64,000 nt of DNA from a virus. This document shows, piece by piece, positions 27,269 to 36,750 of this stretch. The first letter of the stretch is position 1; each line of letters opens with the position of its first letter. Under the pieces are notes generated by a model. The model was not told where the DNA came from, made no database searches, and was given only the letters and a program-made list of their open reading frames with translations. The stretch covers positions 1-64,000 of IMG/VR virus record IMGVR_UViG_3300021964_000022; one strand, written 5' to 3'. Position numbers and translations under genes: made by a program.

Positions 27269-28360
27269 TTATTCCTCTATAGTTGCAAGTTGCTCATCCT
27301 CGATATTTACCTCGGATTCGTCATTTACTTCTACAGAGTTTTCACGTGAAACAAAGTCCATCATAACTTTGTCAAGCACATCTCCACCTGCTTCCCAAAC
27401 TTTACGATATTCTTTCATTTCTTCACCGGTGTTACTTACATACTTTAAGCGGTTACCGTCTTTGACTAGCATACCTTTTTTCTCAAAAAGATCTACTAAT
27501 CCGCTGTAAGGATTCATACCTGTTTCATATGGAATCTTAACTTGTACGCCTTCGAACGGTTTTGCATAACGAGTTTTCATTACTTTACAACCTGCTCTAA
27601 TACCACGTACTTCGCTAATTTTATTACCATCTGCGTCTTCTTTCAGTTTCAATTTTTTCATTGCAACTACAATTGAAGATGCATAGATAAAGCCTTGTCC
27701 ACCACTGATCTTGTCATCTGGATCAAACATATCCTGTGATGCATAAGTGTGGTTAGTACATACTAAGCCTACATTATGTGAGCCAATCATGTTAACAGTA
27801 TTTCTAACAAGTGATGTTAGTGCTTTAGGCTTACGACCCATATCACCTTTCATATCACCTTTGTTAAACTGATCAACGTCGGTAGGTGTTAGCAACATGC
27901 CCAAACTATCAATTACAAATAATACCTTAGGACGGTCTTCTTCAGCCATATCTCTATAGTCTGACATAAATGTACTAATAGTTTTAGCAACATCATCAAT
28001 CATTGACATGTTAAGTTTAAGTAGTTTTTCAGCCGATGTATCTACATCAAGTGCTTGCAACCAACTTTCGTCAAGTGCGTTCTCCGAGTCAATTAATACT
28101 ACAAAGATACCTTGTTCTTGTGCGTGTTTTACAATGTTACCTGCACAGATATATGATTTACCTGCTCCAGATTCTCCTGCAAACACAGTTACCTTACCTA
28201 GCGGAACACCTTTATTAAAGTCACCACTTACAAGATAGTTGAGTGCATAGTTACCTGTACTAATCCAATCAGTAGGATCGTTAAATCCTGCACTCATGCC
28301 TGAAATAGATTTTGTTAATTGTGTCCGAAATTTACTCGGATCAAATGCTTTATTAGCCAT
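27269..28360 (-). CDS. uvsX: RecA-like recombinase (UvsX)
   Basis: GESGAGKS, IDSENALD, VIDSLGML, TNHTY, SGG.G..YASS, KTR. Confidence 0.95.
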   Translation of the reverse strand: MANKAFDPSKFRTQLTKSISGMSAGFNDPTDWISTGNYALNYLVSGDFNKGVPLGKVTVFAGESGAGKSYICAGNIVKHAQEQGIFVVLIDSENALDESWLQALDVDTSAEKLLKLNMSMIDDVAKTISTFMSDYRDMAEEDRPKVLFVIDSLGMLLTPTDVDQFNKGDMKGDMGRKPKALTSLVRNTVNMIGSHNVGLVCTNHTYASQDMFDPDDKISGGQGFIYASSIVVAMKKLKLKEDADGNKISEVRGIRAGCKVMKTRYAKPFEGVQVKIPYETGMNPYSGLVDLFEKKGMLVKDGNRLKYVSNTGEEMKEYRKVWEAGGDVLDKVMMDFVSRENSVEVNDESEVNIEDEQLATIEE

Positions 28361-28383
28361 ATTATCTCCTATTTAAAAAGCTA

Positions 28384-28453
28384 GTCTCTACTAGTGTTTG
28401 GAACGTTGACAGGTAAACCGTGAATCTCTGTTCTCGATTTTACTAGTAGAGAC
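28384..28453 (-). other. Structured intergenic element: 12-bp perfect inverted repeat enclosing 46 nt, upstream of uvsX
   Basis: GTCTCTACTAGT (28384-28395) / ACTAGTAGAGAC (28442-28453); inner GAAC/GTTC and ACAG/CTGT pairings possible. Confidence 0.7.
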
Positions 28454-28463
28454 AATTATTTTA

Positions 28464-29438
28464 TTAACTTTGGCGTGCTCTGATCATTGCTAAAATGTCA
28501 TTTGCATCACCACCACTTGCAGGTGCCGCTTCAGCCGCTGGTGCTGGAGTTGCCACTGGAGCAGTTTCTGCTACTGGAGCAGGAGCCGCTGGTGCTGTTG
28601 GAGCAGGTGTAGTCGCCGCAGGTGCTTTGTTTGGATCACCTGTACGCTGTGATACGCCTGCTGGGCGGAAGTATTGACCCCAACGATCCATGTCAAATGC
28701 TTCACCGTCTACTGACGCTTCAAACATTTCTTTCATGATCTTGATTTCAACTTCGCCTGGCTTCTTAGGTAAGAAGTCTGACATATTAAACAATCCATTA
28801 GTTTCAATAGCTTTCATTTCAACGTCTGTTAATGGACGCTCTCTACGAGCCCAATTTGATGTTGAATAGTCTGCATATCCACCTTTTGATGTTTTAGCAA
28901 GACGGAAGTCTACACCAGCAGTATAATCTGTTGGTAGTTCTTCCATGTCTGGATCCATAAGAGCCGCCTTAATAATTTGGAAAATCTGTGGCCCAATGAT
29001 AAAACGTCTAATTGGATTTTCAGGAGTTTTATCTTCTGAAAGTGGATTATCAGTTACAAAGCCTTGGAATACGTATGAACGTTTCTTCCAATACTTACGA
29101 CCCATATCTTCTAGAGTAGGATCTTTAAACCATCCACGTACTTCGTTTAGTATTTCACAAGTTTCACCGTACATTTCCATACATGGAATTTGTACCTGTG
29201 TTGGACGTGAACTTGTGTCACCTTTAATACCAGCAAAAGGTAGTTTGATCATCAAACGTTCTTGCCAGAAAAAAGTGTTATTTGAATCGCCATCTGGAAG
29301 GAATCGTAGAGTACTAGTCTCTCCTTCTTTCATATTCCAAAATGGGTAAATTGCGTTGTCGCCGCCGCCTGAAGAATTACTGCTTGTGCGTGATTCTTGT
29401 TCTTTTAGTTTAGCTCTAATATCTGCTAATGATGCCAT
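28464..29438 (-). CDS. Single-stranded DNA-binding protein (T4 gp32-like)
   Basis: LRFLPD, CxEMYGETC, KYWKKRSY, G.DF...KT.KGGYADYSTS, Ala/Pro linker, DILAMIRARQ. Confidence 0.9.
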   Translation of the reverse strand: MASLADIRAKLKEQESRTSSNSSGGGDNAIYPFWNMKEGETSTLRFLPDGDSNNTFFWQERLMIKLPFAGIKGDTSSRPTQVQIPCMEMYGETCEILNEVRGWFKDPTLEDMGRKYWKKRSYVFQGFVTDNPLSEDKTPENPIRRFIIGPQIFQIIKAALMDPDMEELPTDYTAGVDFRLAKTSKGGYADYSTSNWARRERPLTDVEMKAIETNGLFNMSDFLPKKPGEVEIKIMKEMFEASVDGEAFDMDRWGQYFRPAGVSQRTGDPNKAPAATTPAPTAPAAPAPVAETAPVATPAPAAEAAPASGGDANDILAMIRARQS

Positions 29439-29439
29439 A

Positions 29440-29495
29440 GTTATGCCTCCTATATGTTATGCCTATGTGCAGTAGCTACATTGCTACTTGTGCCT
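29440..29495 (-). promoter_or_regulatory. gp32 leader with three AGGCAYAA repeats and a hairpin (candidate translational operator)
   Basis: Plus-strand GTTATGCCT at 29440 and 29456, TTGTGCCT at 29488; AGTAGC/GCTACT stem 29471-29488. Confidence 0.5.
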
Positions 29496-29517
29496 AATTG
29501 TATATAGCACAGTTAGT

Positions 29518-29546
29518 ACTATACACTATTTTAAAGTGAAAGTCAA
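29518..29546 (-). promoter_or_regulatory. Sigma70-type promoter for the gp32-uvsX-uvsY operon
   Basis: Minus strand aaaaaaacacTTGACTttcactttaaaatagtgTATAGT, 17-nt spacer. Confidence 0.75.
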
Positions 29547-29568
29547 GTGTTTTTTTGACTTTTTTTTA

Positions 29569-32553
29569 CTAAAGACCTGCTAAGTCTCTAATTCTTTGTA
29601 GATCTGATGCTTCTTCTTGCTCAATTGGAGCTTCTGAAGTACCAAATGCTTCATATGTTTTGAATATACTTTCGATAAATTTACTAGCAGGAACAACATA
29701 TTCGTCACCATAATCTTTTTCAACCATAGTTAGTACTGCTGTTTCGCCTTTTGGAAACTGTCCAGTTTCTCTATCAAAGTAACTAAGGATGAACTCGCCT
29801 AATGGTGTCTTTTTGTCCTTTTCAAGTGTTATTTTATCACCGTCTGGACCGTCAATTTTGTCGCCTTTTTTCTTGCCGTTCATTTTTGCTTGGCGTACTT
29901 TTTGTGCGTATGCATTACCTTCATTTTGTTTTAAAATATTAATAGCCTTTTGAAATCCTTGTGCTTGTGCTTCTGGACTATCTGTAGGATCTAACTCTGC
30001 AAGTGCTTGTCCTTCTACAGAATTTTGCCATTCTTCTTCACCCATTTCCTCTATGCCTGATCTAATATAGTCACCTATTTCATCTGCTATAAAGTCTGCC
30101 ATATCGTTGCCTGCTTTTGCATCTTCCAAGCCACTTTGTAAATCACCAAGTAATTCAGCATTAATACCTTCTTCTACAGCGCCTGAGTATGCATTGCCTT
30201 CATTACTGTCACCGTCAAGATTTTTAGCGTTTGCATATGCTTTTTTCAGCATATCCATATCCACTTTGTAATCCTTTTTCTTGTCAATACCCATATGGAA
30301 CAGTTTTTCAATATCTGGATAATCACTGTTCATGTAACCTGCCATATCCATATCATGTAGAAGATTACCTAGTTGAAAATGCATTGGCTCACTTGTGTAA
30401 CCATCGTCCTTTTTAGCATCATTATGAATGTTGACTAGATGTTTCACCACATCTGCTTTTACTCTGCGTGGATCATATTCCTTATCTTCTTCGCCTTCTT
30501 TTACAGAGTCTATTACATCTGATATTCTATGACATTCATCTTCGTCTGGCATACCTTTATACATTTTAAATAAGTCATCTCTAAACTTTACAGTAATAGG
30601 AAAGTTTTCAGGTTCTTGATCCAATACATCCATACCGGGAAATTCTGTGTCTGGATTACGCTCAACCCATTTGTTCCATTCTTTTTCTTCAATGCTGTCC
30701 AATGGTACACCAGTGTCGGTCATGTATTCTATGTAACCACCTAATAATGAATCACCGTTGCCACCTTCGTACTGTTTGTATCTATCTGCTAAAGCCAATA
30801 TTTCTTCATCAGTAGGTTTTTCATCTTCATTAGCAATTTCTTCGCCTTCGTTAGCAACATCAAATCCTGTAATCTCACTTCCTAAAATCTTAATTGCATC
30901 TTCAACGTTGTCTTCGTCAATTGCAGGTACACCCATTATTTTTGTGTATTCTTTTTGCATAGCGTCTGTAATAGGTAACAATTCGCTGAATAGTTTAGAG
31001 TCTTTAAAAAGTTTTTCTTCTGCTTCGTTTCTGTCACCGCCAAGTTTTTCAATTGCGTCACTTAATTCATTATCTTCTACACCGTCTGTCAAAATACCTG
31101 TGTCTGTGTAGCCTCTGAACATTCCACCTGGTAAGTCATCGCCGTTACTGCCTTGATACTTGCTATATTTGTTCCACCAAGCCTCTAATGCTGACTTATC
31201 CACTTCTTCATTAATATCATCTTTAATCTTGACACAGTTATCTACAGTCTTGCCACCTTTTTTCTTAGTGCCCATACGCTTGTAGCCTTTCCAGCATACT
31301 TTGCCGTCAACGCCTTTTTGCTTTTCAGACTCTACAGCAACTTTCCAACTTGGATTGCCACATTCTTCACAAACATGATCACCGAACTGTCCCATCATTT
31401 GTTCAAATGCTAGATCAATATCATCAAGCTCTAGACTTTCTTTTGTAGTTTTATCATTGTAGCGTTTGTCACCAGCTTTCATTTTTTTGTATGCCGGTGT
31501 ATTTGCTTTTTTATCAGCATCAGTAACGTCCATTTTATCTGTTCCGTTATCTTGCTTGTTGTCATCTTCTGCTTCACCTAATAAATCTTCTGGTCCTAAT
31601 TCTTTCACAGCATTTGCCTCGCTTACAAGTTTATATATGTAAGGGAACACTCCTTTTAATTCTTCGTTGAATTGTTTAATAGTTAGCTGATCGATCCAGT
31701 CTGTTTGTATATCTTCTGGAACGTCTTCTGTTGTGTTGGGTGCGAAATTTTCAACAAAAGTTTTGTAGTAGTTTGGTCTTTGTAGTTTTGCTACAGTTTC
31801 CTTAACAGTGTCTATTCTTGTGTTTACTACATCTAAATATCCGCCTAAGCCTTCAGCCATTACATTTGAGCGATTCATGTATGTTTTAAACTTGCGTAAT
31901 TTTGATAATTCTTCACTTAGAGAAACAATATGCTTACCAATGTCATCATAAAGGTTTCCGCCTTCACTTACGTGTGTTGCGGCCGCTCTAGCACCATTCA
32001 TGTGTTTGAATGGATACTTAAATTTTTCACCTTGTCCACTTTCAATATAGATAGCATTTATTTTGCTGTTTCTATTTCCAGTTTCTCCAATTGGTTCACT
32101 ATGCTTGACAACTAGTCTTGCATTACCTACGTTTTGGTAACTAGTTTGACTAGTTCCATACATCTTAGATTCGCTCATTTGTTTATCTCCGGACTTTTCT
32201 TTTGATAGATATGCAAAGTCTCTTTTGTCTAAATTTGATTTAGTAATATCTCTTGTATCAAATGTTAACATTCTTTTTCTTGCAAACTGTCTTAATTCTT
32301 TCATGAAGCCAAACCAACCTTTTCTTTGTATTGATTCGTCCTCAGAAAATAAGTTATTATTGAATAGCATTGTTAATGCTTCTTCGTCGAGTGTAATATT
32401 AACTTTTCTATCTGGTGCAACTTCAAACTCAAAAAATCTTGCTGAGCTTGGGTCATTTACTATTGTGCTTTCAGAATCGCCAAGGGTGACTTTTGGATAT
32501 CTACCCCTGATCTTATTGAAAAGTTCATCTGCTATTATCTCTAACTTCTTCAT
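29569..32553 (-). CDS. Large acidic modular protein, probable internal head/prohead core protein
   Basis: 994 aa from ATG 32553 after an ATAAATA late promoter; follows terminase; D/E-rich modules, CWKGYK..GTKKKGGKTVDNCVK motif, internal repeats. Confidence 0.6.
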   Translation of the reverse strand: MKKLEIIADELFNKIRGRYPKVTLGDSESTIVNDPSSARFFEFEVAPDRKVNITLDEEALTMLFNNNLFSEDESIQRKGWFGFMKELRQFARKRMLTFDTRDITKSNLDKRDFAYLSKEKSGDKQMSESKMYGTSQTSYQNVGNARLVVKHSEPIGETGNRNSKINAIYIESGQGEKFKYPFKHMNGARAAATHVSEGGNLYDDIGKHIVSLSEELSKLRKFKTYMNRSNVMAEGLGGYLDVVNTRIDTVKETVAKLQRPNYYKTFVENFAPNTTEDVPEDIQTDWIDQLTIKQFNEELKGVFPYIYKLVSEANAVKELGPEDLLGEAEDDNKQDNGTDKMDVTDADKKANTPAYKKMKAGDKRYNDKTTKESLELDDIDLAFEQMMGQFGDHVCEECGNPSWKVAVESEKQKGVDGKVCWKGYKRMGTKKKGGKTVDNCVKIKDDINEEVDKSALEAWWNKYSKYQGSNGDDLPGGMFRGYTDTGILTDGVEDNELSDAIEKLGGDRNEAEEKLFKDSKLFSELLPITDAMQKEYTKIMGVPAIDEDNVEDAIKILGSEITGFDVANEGEEIANEDEKPTDEEILALADRYKQYEGGNGDSLLGGYIEYMTDTGVPLDSIEEKEWNKWVERNPDTEFPGMDVLDQEPENFPITVKFRDDLFKMYKGMPDEDECHRISDVIDSVKEGEEDKEYDPRRVKADVVKHLVNIHNDAKKDDGYTSEPMHFQLGNLLHDMDMAGYMNSDYPDIEKLFHMGIDKKKDYKVDMDMLKKAYANAKNLDGDSNEGNAYSGAVEEGINAELLGDLQSGLEDAKAGNDMADFIADEIGDYIRSGIEEMGEEEWQNSVEGQALAELDPTDSPEAQAQGFQKAINILKQNEGNAYAQKVRQAKMNGKKKGDKIDGPDGDKITLEKDKKTPLGEFILSYFDRETGQFPKGETAVLTMVEKDYGDEYVVPASKFIESIFKTYEAFGTSEAPIEQEEASDLQRIRDLAGL

Positions 32554-32564
32554 ATTAGTATTTA

Positions 32565-34142
32565 TCAATAACCGCTAATAAAAATAGGCATAGGCGGTTC
32601 GTAGTCCTCTTCGTCTGATGCTTGGTTGAATGTATTATATATACGTGGATCCCAGTCTTTAAGGACCGCCATCATTCTAATAGCAAGTAATGTTGCACTG
32701 ATAAGGTCATCAGTTTGTCCTGATTTGGCTTGATAACTACTACCACTTGCAACAAAGCCTTTAAGTTCGCCTATTAATACTTTACTGTTAATAGTCATTT
32801 TATCATTTTCAATCATTGTTTTCATTCTACTACATGCTGTAATTTTAGTACTGTGTGTAGTATTAAATCCTTTACGGAATTTGCGTACATGTCCTTTACG
32901 CATTGGTTCACTTACAAATAGTCCGGGTATATTTTCTTCACCAAAGTCCTGTATTACAAGTAAACATGCTTCGCCTATACCGTTATTTTCTACACTCCAA
33001 TATATATTATTAGTTGAATTAGTTTCGTTTTGTATGTACGTACATATATCTGTAAGAATTCGTATTTGTGCAGGAATAGCAGTAGTGTTATGTCTCCATT
33101 CTGCTACTTGTGTGTAACTAGGTAATTCATATACCTGTATTGCGGCATAGTCACCTCCTGTACCCATACTAGGATCAAGTGCAACTGCATATGTGTATTC
33201 TGCTGTTGGCTTTTTATACCATCGAGTTTGTCCCATATTGAGTATAGGATTACCACCATCCATAGTAGCAAGTTTAATACTATTAATAAGTGTTTCGTCG
33301 AATACTAGGAATTCACAACCGTATTCACGTCTAAATCTTTCTTCACCGATACGTCCAATTTCTGCATTTTTCCATTCTTCATCTCTATCTGGGTGTTCAT
33401 CCCAAGTAGCAATAAATGAATGAAATCCGTTTGAGCCTAGTTCTTGTTCATTACCGTTTGCATCAAACTTATCTTCTGCTTGTTTCCAAATAGTAGCAAA
33501 CGTATCTTCGTCTGAGTTTGGTGTGCTTGTAAGAATAGCACGACCACCTGTTGCAAGTGTAGGTGATATTGAAGTCCAAAATTCATCTGCTATATTAGGT
33601 TGCACAAATGCAAACTCGTCACAGTATAGTAAAGAAATACTCATACCACGTCCTGTATTGCCTGTAGTGGTTGCACTTACAATACGTGATCCGTTTTCAA
33701 ATTCAATTGAACCTTTGTTATAGTTTGTAACTCCTGCTCTAATATGATCAGCACACATTTCATAACCGTATCTAATACGTTGCATAATTTCTTGTGCGCC
33801 TGTGTATTTGTGTGCGGCAATTAGAATAGTTTGATCTGGAACAAACATAGCATACCATAATAAGTAAATTGCGGCACAGGTAGTCTTACCTGTTTGCCTT
33901 GGCATCATGTTGATATTAAATCTATAACTGTGGTAACTATCCATTAATCCTAATTGATATTCATAAGGATCAAATAATAATTTACCTTGTACTGGGTGTT
34001 GTATAAAAGCAAAGTGTTCTGCAAAATATAGATATCCTTTATCAGGATCCATGCATGACATGAGCTCTTGAACTTGTAGTTCACTGAACGATTCTTTTTT
34101 ATTTGCTTTTTTGGTTAATACACCGTCTAAACTTTTACTCAT
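32565..34142 (-). CDS. Terminase large subunit (gp17-like)
   Basis: PYEYQ, Walker A PRQTGKTT, Walker B LLYCDEFAF, TSTPN, RuvC-like LDPSMG.GGDY, VENN, DDL. Confidence 0.95.
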   Translation of the reverse strand: MSKSLDGVLTKKANKKESFSELQVQELMSCMDPDKGYLYFAEHFAFIQHPVQGKLLFDPYEYQLGLMDSYHSYRFNINMMPRQTGKTTCAAIYLLWYAMFVPDQTILIAAHKYTGAQEIMQRIRYGYEMCADHIRAGVTNYNKGSIEFENGSRIVSATTTGNTGRGMSISLLYCDEFAFVQPNIADEFWTSISPTLATGGRAILTSTPNSDEDTFATIWKQAEDKFDANGNEQELGSNGFHSFIATWDEHPDRDEEWKNAEIGRIGEERFRREYGCEFLVFDETLINSIKLATMDGGNPILNMGQTRWYKKPTAEYTYAVALDPSMGTGGDYAAIQVYELPSYTQVAEWRHNTTAIPAQIRILTDICTYIQNETNSTNNIYWSVENNGIGEACLLVIQDFGEENIPGLFVSEPMRKGHVRKFRKGFNTTHSTKITACSRMKTMIENDKMTINSKVLIGELKGFVASGSSYQAKSGQTDDLISATLLAIRMMAVLKDWDPRIYNTFNQASDEEDYEPPMPIFISGY

Positions 34143-34704
34143 ATTTCTCGAAGTCGAAAAAGAACGAAATTGTTGTACGTTTATCAAATGAAAAGTCATT
34201 ACTTGGACTATGTAACATTCTACCGCTATAACAAACCATTCTATTTGGAACTGCTCCTACTTCCATATCAGGTTCATTTTCCCATTGGGTTCTAAAAAAT
34301 GCTGTGCCGCCTGTTGACGTTTGATCAAAATACAATACGCCTGCGCCATCGGTATTATCAACATGTGGATGATGATATCTAGTATTCTTTTTTGATTTTA
34401 AAACTTCTTCTGTAATACTGTATCTAGCAAATGCATGGAAATTAATTAAAGGCTGTCCGATTACATTTTGTACATGTTGTTCTAACATTGTGCTAGTTTC
34501 TTTATCAAATTCGTGTATGTGCTTTGTTTCGTAGCAAGGAAACGCTTGTAATCTATTTCCGTAGTATACTCCATATGGTTGATATATAGCATCATACTCG
34601 TAAGATTCTACTTTCTCTTGTAGTGATTCAAAAACATCGGCGGGTAAGAAACTGTGGTTTATATAGACTCCACCTTCTTTTATCATATCTATTACTTTTA
34701 ACAT
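34135..34704 (-). CDS. 2OG-Fe(II) oxygenase-like protein
   Basis: PHVD, GVLY, GGTAFF, NRMVCYSG..LHS, R..ISFF. Confidence 0.75.
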   Translation of the reverse strand: MLKVIDMIKEGGVYINHSFLPADVFESLQEKVESYEYDAIYQPYGVYYGNRLQAFPCYETKHIHEFDKETSTMLEQHVQNVIGQPLINFHAFARYSITEEVLKSKKNTRYHHPHVDNTDGAGVLYFDQTSTGGTAFFRTQWENEPDMEVGAVPNRMVCYSGRMLHSPSNDFSFDKRTTISFFFDFEKYE

Positions 34705-34718
34705 AGTAATATTTATTG

Positions 34719-34746
34719 AAAAAAATAGGGCCCGGAGGCCCTATTG
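34719..34746 (-). terminator. Rho-independent terminator with cUCCGg tetraloop
   Basis: Minus strand AATAGGGCC-TCCG-GGCCCTATT-TTTTT. Confidence 0.85.
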
Positions 34747-34763
34747 AAACTTGTTAGGAAATG

Positions 34764-35627
34764 TTAGTGACTACCGCAACTACTTGCGTATAATTTTTCT
34801 AACTTATCTTTGTCACAGCCTTTGTATTTGTCCATTATTTCTTTTTTAGACATTCCGTCGTCTGCACATTTTTTCATTTCTTTACCTGTAGGTAATTGAA
34901 TTTCTTTTTCTTGGACTGATTCTTTTTTAGCTTTTTTATCTTTAATAGCTTTTTTCATAGGCTCTTTTTTGTCGCCATCTTTGTCCATGTCTAAGAAATC
35001 TGGTTTTGATTTCTTTTCTTTTAATGCTTTCCACAAACTTTCTTTAATAGATTCTAATGCTGGATCTTTAACTCTTAAAGCCTTACGAGGCTTTTGACCA
35101 TTTAGTCCACCTGAGATATCTTTAGTCATATACTTTGTATCTCTGTATTCTTCGTCTGGTGAGTTATCCCATTCTTCAGATGCTTTTTCATCTTCGTCGC
35201 TGTCGTCCATGTCTGGCATTTCATCTTCGTCGCCATCATCTGTAACTGCTTCGTCTTTTGGTCCGTCTACAATATCTCTAAATTTTTCAATATCCATACG
35301 CATTGGATTTGCATCCATATCCATACTTGGCATCTTGCTTACTTCTTGTGCGCCGCCTAAGCCTGCATTTTTCATCATATCTAATAAATCTTCTACGTGT
35401 TCTTTGCCGCTTGCATTCATGTTAACATTTACAGATACTGGATTACCTTTATCCATTTCTGGAGCAGGCATGCTTGGTGCCGATGTTGGCATTGGCATTC
35501 CACCTTCGTCTATTCTGTTTATTGATTCTAAAATAGTTTTCATTCCATTTGAATCTCCTGATGCTGTACTAGGCTTATTACCTGAAGCCGCATCATTCAT
35601 ATTTGTTAGTATTTTTTTCATATCCAT
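34764..35627 (-). CDS. Low-complexity Met/Asp/Lys-rich protein, probable internal head protein
   Basis: MKTILES, WDNSPDE, KPDFLDMDKDGDKKEPMKKA EF-hand-like motif. Confidence 0.6.
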   Translation of the reverse strand: MDMKKILTNMNDAASGNKPSTASGDSNGMKTILESINRIDEGGMPMPTSAPSMPAPEMDKGNPVSVNVNMNASGKEHVEDLLDMMKNAGLGGAQEVSKMPSMDMDANPMRMDIEKFRDIVDGPKDEAVTDDGDEDEMPDMDDSDEDEKASEEWDNSPDEEYRDTKYMTKDISGGLNGQKPRKALRVKDPALESIKESLWKALKEKKSKPDFLDMDKDGDKKEPMKKAIKDKKAKKESVQEKEIQLPTGKEMKKCADDGMSKKEIMDKYKGCDKDKLEKLYASSCGSH

Positions 35628-35629
35628 GA

Positions 35630-36193
35630 TTAACTCCCTATTGCACTCTTATTGTTGCCGTTTTCAGATATGTCACTCGACTCACCTTTGGGTGTGCCTG
35701 CTATTGGATCAATTTCACGCTCACTACGTGCTTTCTCCAATTCAGCTAAAAGAGACATTGTTCTGTTGCTTCCAACATGATCCTGTGCTTTGGGATCTGC
35801 GGATTCCAATTCTTCGGTTTCCAATTTACTTTGGTAAACTTTTTGACCGTCTAATTCTTCTTGATACATTTCTTGCATATCTGCTGTATTTCTAACAAGT
35901 ATCATACCCTCTACACAATCACAACATTGTGCAATGTAATCTTTTAATACTTGAGATGTTGTTGGGTATTCTAGCTCAGCTTCAAAATATGTTACTGATT
36001 GATTTTGTATGTTTGGAAAGTCTAATGGACGTTCCTGTATAGGTGTTTTTTTGCCTGGGCTTAAACTTTTAAGACCATATTTTTGCAAGCAAGATTCTAG
36101 CTGATCTGTAAAACCTTCAGATTGCTCTCCTGCAATACCTATTTTAAATTCGTATATTTTTTTACTTTGTTGTATGTATTGTTCTAGTAACAT
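35630..36193 (-). CDS. Hypothetical protein (late, head region)
   Basis: 187 aa; KTPIQERPLDFP; ATAAATA and AAGGA upstream. Confidence 0.65.
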   Translation of the reverse strand: MLLEQYIQQSKKIYEFKIGIAGEQSEGFTDQLESCLQKYGLKSLSPGKKTPIQERPLDFPNIQNQSVTYFEAELEYPTTSQVLKDYIAQCCDCVEGMILVRNTADMQEMYQEELDGQKVYQSKLETEELESADPKAQDHVGSNRTMSLLAELEKARSEREIDPIAGTPKGESSDISENGNNKSAIGS

Positions 36194-36215
36194 GATATAT
36201 TCCTTAGCACTTATG

Positions 36216-36713
36216 TTATTTATCTTTATCCAGACCTTTTAACTTCTCTAAGAGGCTGTTACGATCAGTGACAACATAGCCTTCTCCGTTAACTATTCCG
36301 CCCTCATCTACTTCATCTTTGTCTAGTTTTTGTTTTTTAAGTTGTAGTTCAATCATTTTGAGCTTTTTGTCCATCTTAGCAACTTTAGCATCTAAACTTG
36401 TTTTAAGCATGCCGCCAGCAACTTCAAATACACGCCCGCTATAACGACTTTCTACATTCATACCAAGATCCATTAAATCTTCATATGCACTCATTGCTTT
36501 GTCTGCAACTTCGTTAAGCTCTTTATCTGCCATTTCGCCTAAGCCTTTAACTGCTGGCAATGCGGCTTCAATTTTGTCAAATTCAGCAATATCTCTAAAA
36601 GTAGATTCTTGCGTTTCGACTACTTCATGCTTTATTTTATCTTCCTTCTGAGCGTCTTTTAGTATCTGTTTACTATCAGGCAAATCAAGAAGTTCTTCTA
36701 ATTTTTTAGTCAT
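36216..36713 (-). CDS. Coiled-coil protein, candidate terminase small subunit
   Basis: 165 aa helical; SGRVFEVA..ML, V.DRNSLL; position in packaging region. Confidence 0.45.
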   Translation of the reverse strand: MTKKLEELLDLPDSKQILKDAQKEDKIKHEVVETQESTFRDIAEFDKIEAALPAVKGLGEMADKELNEVADKAMSAYEDLMDLGMNVESRYSGRVFEVAGGMLKTSLDAKVAKMDKKLKMIELQLKKQKLDKDEVDEGGIVNGEGYVVTDRNSLLEKLKGLDKDK

Positions 36714-36750
36714 TATATGCTCACTTAATGTTATATGTATTTATCTAGCA

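Noticed and set aside
28384-28453. Simple rho-independent terminator or MITE
   Set aside because: 46-nt loop, U-run offset from the stem, no second copy or target-site duplication seen; kept only as a candidate structured RNA
35209-35895. 228-aa plus-strand ORF and the many 60-145-aa antisense ORFs in the track
   Set aside because: They lie opposite well-supported genes, have no motifs or RBS, and show the Ser/Ile/Phe/Pro bias expected of antisense shadows
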